A stretch of DNA of 64,000 bases from an uncultured Candidatus Saccharibacteria bacterium (lineage in GTDB: Bacteria > Patescibacteriota > Minisyncoccia > Minisyncoccales > Staskawiczbacteraceae), in contig CAYRHW010000001.1 in NCBI GenBank assembly GCA_964424305.1, positions 7,947 to 71,946 on the forward strand, in the 5' to 3' direction. Below, piece after piece: positions 18,897-28,141 of this stretch. The notes beneath the pieces were generated by a model. It did not search any database and had not been told where the DNA came from. It saw only the letters and a program-made list of their open reading frames with translations. Position 1 is the first letter of the stretch. The number at the start of each line of letters is the position of its first letter. The translations under genes were made by a program, and so were the position numbers.

Positions 18897-19283
18897 CTAT
18901 GCGGACATGGAAACTGGTCTCAAATAATCGGATTTTTCTCCGTCTAAAACTATTCCCAAATTGTAGACCAAACAACCTTCACTGCTCGGATCAATAAGCC
19001 GAAGCTTTTCTTTTCCCGCTGAAAAGAGAACAACTTGCGGCAAATGATCAATTTGAAATTCTCTACAAACTTCCGAACCCATCTCAGTTGGCAACCAGAA
19101 AAATTTAACCTTACCGGAAAATTGGGAAGACAATCTTTCCATCTCTTCAAAAAGTTTGCTAATTCCTTCTCCAATGTGATGTCGTGGCACAAATAGTACT
19201 ACTGTAGGTTGATGACTCTCAACCGATTGGCCCAGACAACTTGGGTCGTTAAATTCGTAGAAATCCGGTGCAGATCCAACCAT
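18897..19283 (-). CDS. thioredoxin-fold-like protein lacking CxxC (paralog-like of 18357-18782)
   Basis: TVVLFVPRHHIGEGISKLFEEMERL...KVKFFWLPTE...LPQVVLFSAGKE follows the Trx pattern without CxxC. AAAGGA SD. Confidence 0.4.
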   Translation of the reverse strand: MVGSAPDFYEFNDPSCLGQSVESHQPTVVLFVPRHHIGEGISKLFEEMERLSSQFSGKVKFFWLPTEMGSEVCREFQIDHLPQVVLFSAGKEKLRLIDPSSEGCLVYNLGIVLDGEKSDYLRPVSMSA

Positions 19284-19394
19284 GGTCCACCGTCCTTTCT
19301 AGAAATATATTTTAAATGTTCATATTCAATCAATTTTAGAACTTATAAAAACAGGGGTCAATAATAGTTCTGCACATGTAAGAAAACAGCGCGA

Positions 19395-19571
19395 CTAACT
19401 GCGTCGCGCTCTGTTGAGCAGATCCTTGTGGAGTCTACGAATGGCGAAGTCGATAACGCCGGGTTGTTCGTAGAACCTCGCTTGGATCCTTTGTCTGACT
19501 CTGGCCACTTTTGAGTTCCTTGCGGTACCCTCGGGTGGCTTTTTGCCAAACGGTATGTGGAGCTTTGCCAT
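19395..19571 (-). CDS. small basic protein, 58 aa (below ORF-track cutoff)
   Basis: Own translation: MAKLHIPFGKKPPEGTARNSKVARVRQRIQARFYEQPGVIDFAIRRLHKDLLNRARRS. GAGGAG SD about 7 nt upstream. The stop is embedded in hairpin AGCGCGAC-gcagtta-GTCGCGCT plus T-run. Confidence 0.4.
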   Translation of the reverse strand: MAKLHIPFGKKPPEGTARNSKVARVRQRIQARFYEQPGVIDFAIRRLHKDLLNRARRS

Positions 19572-19711
19572 GTATTTCTCCTCTTCCTATATCTTCCTGC
19601 TTCCGCAGGTTGGTCTCTAGAGACCGGGAACCGCGATTGGGCACCCACTCGTTGGGATATCCGTATCTCAGCGAGTTCACCGGTCGGCAGGGTCCCTCCA
19701 GGACCCTTCGG

Positions 19712-19786
19712 TCAGCACATCGCGCAAAAGGACAGAATGATGAGAATCACCATGTCCCATATGCGCTTCCACTTCTTTATGTTCAT
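19712..19786 (-). CDS. 24-aa hydrophobic peptide MNIKKWKRIWDMVILIILSFCAMC
   Basis: AAAGGAG SD 6 nt upstream of the ATG. About 30 nt downstream of a near-consensus promoter. Basic N-terminus followed by one TM-length hydrophobic stretch. Confidence 0.4.
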   Translation of the reverse strand: MNIKKWKRIWDMVILIILSFCAMC

Positions 19787-19818
19787 GAGCAGCTCCTTTA
19801 TATCTGAAGACAATATAC

Positions 19819-19848
19819 ATATTATCACACAATATACTACTCTGTCAA
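19819..19848 (-). promoter_or_regulatory. sigma70-like promoter (TTGACA-N18-TAATAT)
   Basis: On the minus strand, -35 is at 19848-19843 and -10 at 19824-19819. It follows a weak terminator after the coiled-coil gene. Confidence 0.55.
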
Positions 19849-19881
19849 TAGTTGGAAGAAAAAAAGCGCTTTTTGGGCGCC

Positions 19882-20334
19882 CTAACGATTTCTTCTCCTT
19901 TTTCTCTTTCTTTTCTTTCTACTATTAATATCCCCCTCCAGTCCCTCTACCCTTAACTCCAAGCCCTTGATGGCTCTTTCTTTCCGAGTGATATTAAATC
20001 TCAGGTCTTTCTCTCGTTGACCTGCAGTCTTCAAAGATCTTTCCAGTCTTAACATCTCCCGAACCTTACATTCCTTATCGTGCAGCAAGGATTTGATTAA
20101 CGTAGTCAAAATCTGGACAAGGTCCTCTGCATCGGCACCAACCTCCGGGATATCTATAATAGAATCCGCCCTCATCCCCATCCCGATAAGAAAACTACGC
20201 ACCCTCTCTGTAAGCGCAAACAACTTTTGGGAATATTCTCTGCTGCCATCTTGTGCTTCGGCAAGAGCGATACTAAGCTGTTCAATCTGTTTACGGAAAA
20301 GAGTTCTCTCCTCAGATCCAGCGCTACCGTCCAT
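19882..20334 (-). CDS. coiled-coil protein with poly-basic C-terminal tail (RKKRKRKRRRNR)
   Basis: Heptad-like Leu/Glu/Arg-rich sequence with GGAAGGAAGG SD. No domain recognised. Confidence 0.5.
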   Translation of the reverse strand: MDGSAGSEERTLFRKQIEQLSIALAEAQDGSREYSQKLFALTERVRSFLIGMGMRADSIIDIPEVGADAEDLVQILTTLIKSLLHDKECKVREMLRLERSLKTAGQREKDLRFNITRKERAIKGLELRVEGLEGDINSRKKRKRKRRRNR

Positions 20335-20376
20335 CTTCGGCCTTCCTTCCGCCCCCGTTGTGATGTAAAAGTACGA

Positions 20377-21849
20377 CTAAAGGGTTTGAATCTTTTTGAA
20401 CAAAGACTCTCCTTTTTTTATCTTAAACTTAATAAACTTTTTGTCCAGGTGGTCAACGCCCAACTGTCCGAACATCTTCTCTGAAGTTTCTGGCAAGAAG
20501 GGTTCTAACAGTTGAGAGATGTGGGATATGCAGACCAGAAGGTTATAAATTACAGCTGGGTCTTTACTTTCCCATGGTTTTTCCTGATCAACATATTTAT
20601 CACAGAACCCCGCCAGATCCCAGATCACTCTTAGGGCTTCGTTAAATTTAAATTCATCTAATAATCTTTTGCATTCTTCTCTGGTTTTTAAAATTTCTTT
20701 TTTGAAATCAGGACTTATCTCCCTTATTCCACTAAAATCTATCTTTTCGGCTAGGGTAATAACTCTAGCAAGTAAATTTCCTATTCCCCCGGCTAAATCA
20801 GCGTTGTATCTCTCTTCAAACTTAGTATATGTAAAATCACCATCATCTGTTGGCGAAATTTCTCTCAATAAATAATATCTTACAGCATCTACCCCGTACT
20901 TATTAACCAACTCAAAAGGATCAATGACATTTCCCAAACTCTTGGACATTTTTTTATTATCAACCGTGATAAACCCGTGTACAAAGATCTCCCTAGGTAG
21001 CTCTAGGCCCAACGATAAAAGCATGGCCGGCCAAAAGATGGTATGGAACCTCATTATATCTTTCCCCAGACAATGGACATCTGCTGGCCAATATTTTTTA
21101 AATTCTTTTGAATTATCGGCGTACCCTATGCCGGAGATATAGTTTGGAAGAGCATCGCACCAAACGTAAATGACCTGTTCTGGGTCCCCGGGAACTTCAA
21201 AGCCCCAATATTTATCTTTTGTCCTAGAGAAACTAACATCTTCTAGCCCCTGATCTATGATCGAGAGGGTCTCATTCTTTCTTGATTCCGGAGATATTTT
21301 CAACTCACCAGATTCAATAGCTTCTTTTATCTGAGTCCCATATTTTGAAAGCTTAAAAAAGTAATTTTCTTCTTCTACCACTTCGAGTTCTTTTTGGTGA
21401 ATTGGACATTTACCATCGATAAGATCTTTTTCCGTTATAAAGGCTTCGCAACCCGCACAATAAAATCCTCTATACTTCTTCTTATATATATCTCCCTTAG
21501 AAACAAAAATTTCCCAAATCTTTTCTATTGTTGGCCTATGTTTTTGTTCATCGGTGGTTCTGATGAAGCCATCATTAGAAATATTTAAAGCCTTGGCTAG
21601 TAGCCTAAATCTTTCCGATATCTCATCGGCAAAATCTTTTGGCTCTTTCCCGACAGCCCTAGCGGCTCTAGCTGTTTTAATGCCGTGTTCGTCTGTACCG
21701 GTTAGAAAAAACACATCTTTCCCCTGAATGCGGTTATGGCGAGCGATAACATCGGCCTGAACCGCCTCCAATGCAAAACCAATGTGCGGGGCCGCATTTG
21801 TGTAGGGGATGCTGGTGGTGATATAGAAATTTTTAGTTTTTCCTGGCAT
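20377..21849 (-). CDS. metG: methionyl-tRNA synthetase
   Basis: YITTSIPYTNAAPHIGF (HIGH-type) and KMSKS motifs. The likely start is the MPGKTKNFY Met at 21849. Confidence 0.95.
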   Translation of the reverse strand: MPGKTKNFYITTSIPYTNAAPHIGFALEAVQADVIARHNRIQGKDVFFLTGTDEHGIKTARAARAVGKEPKDFADEISERFRLLAKALNISNDGFIRTTDEQKHRPTIEKIWEIFVSKGDIYKKKYRGFYCAGCEAFITEKDLIDGKCPIHQKELEVVEEENYFFKLSKYGTQIKEAIESGELKISPESRKNETLSIIDQGLEDVSFSRTKDKYWGFEVPGDPEQVIYVWCDALPNYISGIGYADNSKEFKKYWPADVHCLGKDIMRFHTIFWPAMLLSLGLELPREIFVHGFITVDNKKMSKSLGNVIDPFELVNKYGVDAVRYYLLREISPTDDGDFTYTKFEERYNADLAGGIGNLLARVITLAEKIDFSGIREISPDFKKEILKTREECKRLLDEFKFNEALRVIWDLAGFCDKYVDQEKPWESKDPAVIYNLLVCISHISQLLEPFLPETSEKMFGQLGVDHLDKKFIKFKIKKGESLFKKIQTL

Positions 21850-21890
21850 AGTGTAATTATTACAGCATAGCATACAACTATTAAATTTCC

Positions 21891-22349
21891 ATGATTTTAA
21901 TCCCGCATTTGGTTATAGGGGCAGCAATTGCAGCAAAGTTCAACTCATTCCCCCTAATAATTATTCTGGCTATTTTAAGCCACTATCTTTTAGATACACT
22001 GCCACACGTAGATTACTCAATAGTAAATATAAAAAAGGGCGAATGGGGAAAATCCCGGGAAGACATTTTAAAAATACTCATTGATATAGCGATAGGAGTA
22101 ATATTTATTTCTATAATCCAATCCCTTACCCACGCGAGTCCCATAAAATTAGCGGTGGGCGCTTTTTTTGGTGCCCTACCGGATTTACTAACTCTTTTAT
22201 CCTTTAAATTCAGAAGAAGCAAGATACTAATAGCTCATTCTTCTTTTCACTCAAAAATTCACTTTCTCGAAGAAAAAAAATATCCTCTTTACCTGAGGAT
22301 ATCCACCCAAGCCTTTGTCGTCTTACTGGGATTTCTCGCCATAATCTAG
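21891..22349 (+). CDS. small polytopic membrane protein (YdjM/DUF457-like?)
   Basis: 4-5 hydrophobic helices. LSHYLLDTLPHVDY is reminiscent of membrane-bound metal-hydrolase-like proteins. Confidence 0.4.
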   Translation: MILIPHLVIGAAIAAKFNSFPLIIILAILSHYLLDTLPHVDYSIVNIKKGEWGKSREDILKILIDIAIGVIFISIIQSLTHASPIKLAVGAFFGALPDLLTLLSFKFRRSKILIAHSSFHSKIHFLEEKKYPLYLRISTQAFVVLLGFLAII

Positions 22350-22352
22350 TAG

Positions 22353-23393
22353 CTAGGCTAACTGGCCGAGTTCTTCGTCTTCCTTCCTTTTTTCTAAAAA
22401 TTCCTTTATAAACTCGTACAATATTCCAAATACTGGGATAGCAAATATCGCACCCAAAAATCCGAAGATTATTCCTCCGATTACTACAGATAATAGAACT
22501 AAAACTGGTGGTAAACCGACAAACTTTTTAGTTAATATCGGAGAGATAATATTATTCTCAATCATATTGATAACAATAAATGTTACCACCGCCATTAGGG
22601 CCATAACCCACGAGCTGGCTACGCCAACAAAAACCGCCAATAGGACTCCGGCTATTAGGGGCCCGATGTAGGGGATAAAATTTAACAGACCGCAAAGCAA
22701 AGCTAAGATAACTGCGTATTTTATACCAAGGAAATAAAATACAAGGAAGCATGCTATGGAGATGAAAAGGCAGGCTAGAATCCTAGCCCCGAACCATCCG
22801 CTAACCTTTGTCTGACATCTTTCGAAGAGTGCCAAAATGTATTCTTCATTTTTTTTCGGAGACAGTAGTCTCAAAACTTTTTCGATACCTTTTTCTTCTA
22901 TGGATATGAAGAAAGAAATAGCGATAATAAAGAAGGCCGAGACAACCCCGCCGAAGAAGGCGGCCAATGTGTTGAAGACACTAGTTGAAACTTTTTCTAG
23001 GTTAGACGTAATATCTTGAGTAAAAGATTCTAGATTCTGTAGGGCCTCAATTTTTAAATCTTTAAAAATGGGGCTCACTTTCTCAAAGTATCCGGGAACC
23101 GATTGAGAGAACTGCTTGATTTCATCAATAAATAATGGGGCAGTAAGATAGAGAAATAATCCCAGGATCCCAAAGAATACTAGATAAATAAAAGTTACTG
23201 CTAAGATCTTTGGCACCCGGAGCCACCTTAAGAAATTAATCGCTGGCTCAAAAAGCACAGAAATTATGAGAGCGAAAAAAAACCAAATAACAATATCCCT
23301 AACAAGAAACAACAAATAAAAAAACAACGCAGAAAGCGCGATTTTTATTATCGTTTCCCATGAGATATCTAGTGTGTGTACTTGGCTATCCAT
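22353..23393 (-). CDS. AI-2E family transporter (PerM/UPF0118)
   Basis: 8-TM pattern, LNFIPYIGPLIAG motif. Confidence 0.8.
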   Translation of the reverse strand: MDSQVHTLDISWETIIKIALSALFFYLLFLVRDIVIWFFFALIISVLFEPAINFLRWLRVPKILAVTFIYLVFFGILGLFLYLTAPLFIDEIKQFSQSVPGYFEKVSPIFKDLKIEALQNLESFTQDITSNLEKVSTSVFNTLAAFFGGVVSAFFIIAISFFISIEEKGIEKVLRLLSPKKNEEYILALFERCQTKVSGWFGARILACLFISIACFLVFYFLGIKYAVILALLCGLLNFIPYIGPLIAGVLLAVFVGVASSWVMALMAVVTFIVINMIENNIISPILTKKFVGLPPVLVLLSVVIGGIIFGFLGAIFAIPVFGILYEFIKEFLEKRKEDEELGQLA

Positions 23394-23426
23394 AATTTGT
23401 TATCCCCCGCACCTCAGGGGATACGA

Positions 23427-24689
23427 TTAAATTTTCAATAAATTTTTAAATTTGTCTTTTTCTTTGAGTGGCCCAATAATTGCGAGGTTCAGCTTTTCGG
23501 GCCTAAAGATATCTTCTGCTACTTTCTTTATATCATTTACAGTAACCCGGTCAATCCTTTTAAAAATCTCTTCAGGCTTTAAAATATTTTTCCTAAACAA
23601 CTCCTGCTCTGCATAAAAGAAAACTTGGGCATCTGATGGCTCTAAAGATAGCGCCATAGAGCCTTTAGTATAATCCTTAGCTTTCTTAAGCTCATCTTTA
23701 GTGATCTTTTTATCTTTAAGGGATTTATATTCTTCCAAAACTAATTTTATGACCTCTTCTACGTTTTTATGATCGATCCCAGCTTGAGTAACAAGAAATC
23801 CGGTGTCAGTGTTTTCCTCAGCCGATGTGCGAATGTAATAAGCCAAGCCCCTTCTTTCTCTAACTGAGATAAACAATCTTGAACTCATATTGCCACCCAA
23901 AATAGTGGCCAACAAACCTAGGGCGTATCTTCGTGGATCAAATAAGTTATACGCCCTTACACCCAAACACAAATGTGTCTGATCAGTTTCTTTAAAGTGG
24001 ACTAAAACTTCGGGACCGCTCTGCTCATCTTTTGCCACCAGTTTTTCTTTTGGCTTTGAATCGTTAATATTTTTAAAATACCCCATAATCTTATCCTCTA
24101 TGGTTTTTGTACTAATATTCCCAGCAACACAAACTATAGTATTTTCTGCCCCATAGTGGCTTTTAAAATAGTCGACAATTTTTTCCCTGTTCATATTCAG
24201 AATATTCTCCTTCTCTCCAATTACCCTCCAGCCAGCTGGCTGGTCTTTGTAAAGCAAACTTTCCCAAAGATCCCCTATATATGCGGTAGGAGTATCTAGA
24301 TACATATTCATTTCTTCAATTATTACTCCCTTTTCTCTATCGATCTCTGTCTGCTCTAGTTTTGAATTCAAGAACATATCTGAAATCCAATCTAAGGCAA
24401 CGTCCTGATTCTTATCAGCCACCTTCGCCCAATATCCAGTGACCTCTTTTGAGGTGAAGGCGTTATATTCTCCGCCGACTCTGTCTAGTGTCTCGGCGAT
24501 ATCTAAGGTTGTTGGCCTCTTCTTCGTTCCTTTAAAAAACATGTGCTCTAAAAAATGAGAAATGCCATTAATCTCTTTCGTCTCATATTTAGAACCAGTT
24601 TTAACTAAAACTAAAAAAGTGACAGTTTTTGTGTTTTTGACCGGAATGGTGATTATCCTCAAACCATTCTTGAGCGTTGTTTTTTTCAT
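23427..24689 (-). CDS. M16-family (pitrilysin/insulinase-like) zinc peptidase
   Basis: Inverted zinc motif HFLEHMFFKGT. Confidence 0.85.
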   Translation of the reverse strand: MKKTTLKNGLRIITIPVKNTKTVTFLVLVKTGSKYETKEINGISHFLEHMFFKGTKKRPTTLDIAETLDRVGGEYNAFTSKEVTGYWAKVADKNQDVALDWISDMFLNSKLEQTEIDREKGVIIEEMNMYLDTPTAYIGDLWESLLYKDQPAGWRVIGEKENILNMNREKIVDYFKSHYGAENTIVCVAGNISTKTIEDKIMGYFKNINDSKPKEKLVAKDEQSGPEVLVHFKETDQTHLCLGVRAYNLFDPRRYALGLLATILGGNMSSRLFISVRERRGLAYYIRTSAEENTDTGFLVTQAGIDHKNVEEVIKLVLEEYKSLKDKKITKDELKKAKDYTKGSMALSLEPSDAQVFFYAEQELFRKNILKPEEIFKRIDRVTVNDIKKVAEDIFRPEKLNLAIIGPLKEKDKFKNLLKI

Positions 24690-26080
24690 TAACTATTTAA
24701 ACCTTCCGTTATTTTTTCTTTCAAATCAGATATTTTTACTCTTTCCTGTTTCATCGTGTCGCGGTCACGAATAGTTACCGTATCATTTTCTAGAGTTTCG
24801 AAATCAACGGTAACGCAATAGGGGGTACCGATCTCATCTTGCCTTCGGTAACGTTTCCCAATATTTCCATTATCATCAAACTCGCAAGAAAACATCAATT
24901 TAAATTCATCGTAAATTCCTTTTGCTTTTTTAACTAATTCTGGTTTGTTTCTTAAAAGTGGGAAGAAAGCTACCTTAATTGGGGCTATATGTTTTGGAAA
25001 CTTCAAAACCGTTCTTTCTTCTTCTCCCAAAGTTTCCTCATTATATGCAAGATCAATCATCATCAGAACCAACCTATTCAATCCTGCCGATGTTTCCATT
25101 ATATGTGGGATGAACCTTTTATTAGCCTCTGCATCAAAATACCTTAAATCAACTCCGGAGAACTTCTGTTGCTGCGAAAGGTCCCAATCTCCCCTAGCAT
25201 GGATACCCTCTACCTCTTTGAAGCCCCCCAATGATTTGAAATCATATTCAATGTCATAGGCCTCTGACGCATAATGAGCTAATTTTTCATGTTTGTACCA
25301 TCGTATTTTATCTTCAGGAACCCCCAACGCCAGATACCACGCCCAACGAGCCTCTCTCCACTTGCTATAATTTTCCTTCATTGTTTCCGGACTCAAAAAG
25401 TATTGCATCTCCATTTGTTCAAACTCTCTGGTCCTGAAAATGAACTGACGAGCGACAATCTCATTTCTAAAAGCTTTTCCCACTTGAGCTACCCCGAATG
25501 GCAATTTCGGATGAAGTGTATCAACGATATTTTTATACTCCAGATATATTCCTCCGCAGGTTTCTGGCCTTAAGTAGACAACGTTGTCCTCTGATAAACT
25601 ATCTGTCGGTGACCCGATATTAGATTTCACCATCAAAGAAAAAACCTTTGCTTCAGTAAATTCTGTCGAGCCACAATTGGGACATTTAATCCTTTTTTTC
25701 TTTTTTAACTTACCAAGTTCTTTATTAATAACCTCTATTGTTTCTTTATCAGCACTAATGCCGAACTCTTCAAGAATATGATCAGCCCTCATCCTGTTCT
25801 GACACTTAACACAATCAATCTGCGGATCGTTAAAAGAACCAACGTGGCCAGAAGCTACCCAAGCTTTTGGATGAATAAAAATTGCGCTATCAAGCCCATA
25901 GATATTATCTTGATACTGCACCATTTGTTTCCACCAAAAATCCCTAATGTTATTCTTCAATAAAGTTCCGTAATGGCCGTAGTCGTATACCGCAGCAAAT
26001 CCTCCATAGATTTCACTTGAGGGGTATATGAAGCCACGTCTTTTAGCCAATGAAACCATTTTCTCCATTAAATTTTCCAT
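24689..26080 (-). CDS. glyQS: glycyl-tRNA synthetase (alpha2 dimeric type)
   Basis: MENLMEKMVSLAKRRGFIYPSSEIYGG start and class II motifs. The ORF-track N-terminal 33 aa read through an upstream terminator and are probably not translated. Confidence 0.9.
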   Translation of the reverse strand: MENLMEKMVSLAKRRGFIYPSSEIYGGFAAVYDYGHYGTLLKNNIRDFWWKQMVQYQDNIYGLDSAIFIHPKAWVASGHVGSFNDPQIDCVKCQNRMRADHILEEFGISADKETIEVINKELGKLKKKKRIKCPNCGSTEFTEAKVFSLMVKSNIGSPTDSLSEDNVVYLRPETCGGIYLEYKNIVDTLHPKLPFGVAQVGKAFRNEIVARQFIFRTREFEQMEMQYFLSPETMKENYSKWREARWAWYLALGVPEDKIRWYKHEKLAHYASEAYDIEYDFKSLGGFKEVEGIHARGDWDLSQQQKFSGVDLRYFDAEANKRFIPHIMETSAGLNRLVLMMIDLAYNEETLGEEERTVLKFPKHIAPIKVAFFPLLRNKPELVKKAKGIYDEFKLMFSCEFDDNGNIGKRYRRQDEIGTPYCVTVDFETLENDTVTIRDRDTMKQERVKISDLKEKITEGLNS

Positions 26081-26127
26081 AGATTCTGTATATTTAATAT
26101 ATTTTTCTATTCTATCTGATTTTGGAT

Positions 26128-26408
26128 AAAAAAAAAGCCCCCACTCCTGGAAGGCACTCGCGTGGGGAGACGAGGCCAATGCCGAGGAGTGGGGTCTGAT
26201 TGATCGGACCCGATCTTCATCTGTTATTAGAGAATGGGGTTTACGGCGCTAGGCACCGTATTTGGCGTGAGATATGAGGGACGATGTAGGAATCTCCCAA
26301 CCACTCTTGCCACGAGACATGACGAATGCGCTGATGCGCTCAAGTCTTTTTACCCTTTTTTCTCTCTTTCCCGAAGAGGGGTCCGATTGATTTCTTGTGT
26401 GCTACTAT
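26128..26408 (-). promoter_or_regulatory. about 280-nt structured, relatively GC-rich 5' leader of glyQS ending in an intrinsic terminator (attenuator/riboswitch-like, class unassigned)
   Basis: TTGACA-N17-TATAAG promoter (26443-26415). Multiple local hairpins. Long stem 26138-26150 / 26182-26194 followed by T9 on the minus strand, about 50 nt before the glyQS ATG. Confidence 0.55.
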
Positions 26409-26464
26409 ATTACTCTTATACCAAAACCACTGAACTGTGTCAATATTTCGGTTGTATTATGAGG

Positions 26465-28132
26465 TTATTGTACTGTTCCTGAATGATTGGTTATAGAAGA
26501 ATCATCGGGTAGAGTTGTGTCTAGTCCAGGGGTTTCAGTGCTGATACTTTGTCCAGTCCATGAATCTTCTCCGGCAATCGTGGCCTTATTCATTATTAGA
26601 GCTACTCTCCCCACCTGAGAAGGGGTGGGAGTTAAGGAAACTTGGAAAGACACGCTGGGGGGATTATTTGTCACTCCAGTCCCCGGAGCCATATCATTGG
26701 CGACATTCCATAAAATTTCTCTGCTGTTACTATCAAAAGAGAATCTTGAAATTTCGCTGTCTGGAGATATCCTACCCGTTAAAACCACTCCCGGTGGTAA
26801 AGTCGCCCTTACTTTCACATTTTTAACATCATTATAATAATTCTGAGCTTGCCAAGTAATAGTATAGGTAGTTTGCTGACCGACGACTGGCCGAGAGGGA
26901 CCAGTATTTCCAAAAACACTGTCTTGATAATACCCTTTTTGCAAAACCACCAACCTTGAGTTTACTTTGGTTTGGAAATCTTGAGTTATCTGAGAAATAT
27001 TCACTTTGTTTTTTATAAAAGTATTGTTAAAATCTGCATCGGAGATGACCCAGGATTTTTTTAAAGTAACATCAAACTCAACTTTCCCCTCCTCCTGTAT
27101 CCCCAAAACATTCAACTCCGGAACTTGTTTCCAGTCCCAAATAACCATATTGTCGTCAGCTCTTATCTGTCCCGCATCTACCTTTAGGGTTGTTAAGTCG
27201 AAAATGGAGCTATCAAAGGTATTTGTCAGAAATAGATTTTCGAATGGAGTCCGGCCAATATTCCGGAAATAGATTTCATAATGTAAGGTTTCCCCTGGCG
27301 ATGGGATATAGGTGGATGATCCGTTTATCTGCTGTGATATATAGAGCAGCGGTTCTATTATTTCAACCTCTTTTGTGGCCTCTTTTAGAAGAGTGAATTC
27401 ACCATCTTTCCAAAGTCCAATTCTTGCTTTAAATTGTATTTTATTCCCAACCTCTTCTGTTAGGTTGCCGATTATACTTATTCTCCCGCCTTGAGCCTTG
27501 TCCAAATCTGCTATCTCCCATTCGTTATTATCCAACGACTGTGGGTTTGAACTGATAAAGCTGAATTTCTCTGGGTAATCAACCTCCAGCCTTAACCCTG
27601 ACAATTTAAAATCAGCGTTCGAGAAGTAGTTAATGGGGAACTCAATCTCTTTCCCTCTTTCCATTTTAGATGGTAAGTCAAAATCTAGGGTGATTGGCAC
27701 CATGTCTATCTTCGTGGTAAAGGTTGTGCTCGATTCATACCTAGCCTTTAAATTCTGTGGCTTATACGACAAATACGCCTTTGCGACCTTAAGATCGTCC
27801 TCTTTACCAATAAGCCTTGCCTTAAATTGTATAAATTGCTCATCGCCAGGATATATATCCTTTAGAACTTGGGAAACCCTTGTTTTCCCCTCTTCGTTTA
27901 TGGTGAATTCCGGATATTCAAAATCCAACCTTGGCTCTTCTAAGGTAAAATTACTATTATTCTTATATTTAATGGTGTACTCAAATTCCTGCCCCATTTG
28001 AACATTTTCCGGCCCCAAAATTTCGAGTTTTAGTATGCTCTTCGAAAAAATCGTTTCTCTATAATACCAATAGCCGCCTGCTGCTAATAGAACTACAACT
28101 AAAGATATGACGATGATTAGTTTCTTGCTCAT
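26465..28132 (-). CDS. N-terminally anchored extracytoplasmic protein with repeated beta-rich modules
   Basis: Signal-anchor KKLIIVISLVVVLLAAGGYWYY. Repetitive approximately 100-aa segments. No catalytic motif seen. Confidence 0.6.
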   Translation of the reverse strand: MSKKLIIVISLVVVLLAAGGYWYYRETIFSKSILKLEILGPENVQMGQEFEYTIKYKNNSNFTLEEPRLDFEYPEFTINEEGKTRVSQVLKDIYPGDEQFIQFKARLIGKEDDLKVAKAYLSYKPQNLKARYESSTTFTTKIDMVPITLDFDLPSKMERGKEIEFPINYFSNADFKLSGLRLEVDYPEKFSFISSNPQSLDNNEWEIADLDKAQGGRISIIGNLTEEVGNKIQFKARIGLWKDGEFTLLKEATKEVEIIEPLLYISQQINGSSTYIPSPGETLHYEIYFRNIGRTPFENLFLTNTFDSSIFDLTTLKVDAGQIRADDNMVIWDWKQVPELNVLGIQEEGKVEFDVTLKKSWVISDADFNNTFIKNKVNISQITQDFQTKVNSRLVVLQKGYYQDSVFGNTGPSRPVVGQQTTYTITWQAQNYYNDVKNVKVRATLPPGVVLTGRISPDSEISRFSFDSNSREILWNVANDMAPGTGVTNNPPSVSFQVSLTPTPSQVGRVALIMNKATIAGEDSWTGQSISTETPGLDTTLPDDSSITNHSGTVQ

Positions 28133-28141
28133 ATATTTTTA

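Noticed and set aside
19358-19680. ORF-track entries of 96 aa and 81 aa on the minus strand in the GC-rich stretch upstream of the Trx-like genes.
   Set aside because: They have no SD, and their Arg/Ser/Pro-rich composition is typical of out-of-frame GC-rich sequence. The alternative 58-aa frame has an SD and a terminator at its stop, though it too is only tentative.
26128-26408. Calling the glyQS leader a T-box riboswitch outright.
   Set aside because: Context and architecture fit, but I could not locate the conserved T-box 14-mer or the stem I distal motifs by eye. It is left as an unclassified attenuator pending a covariance-model search.
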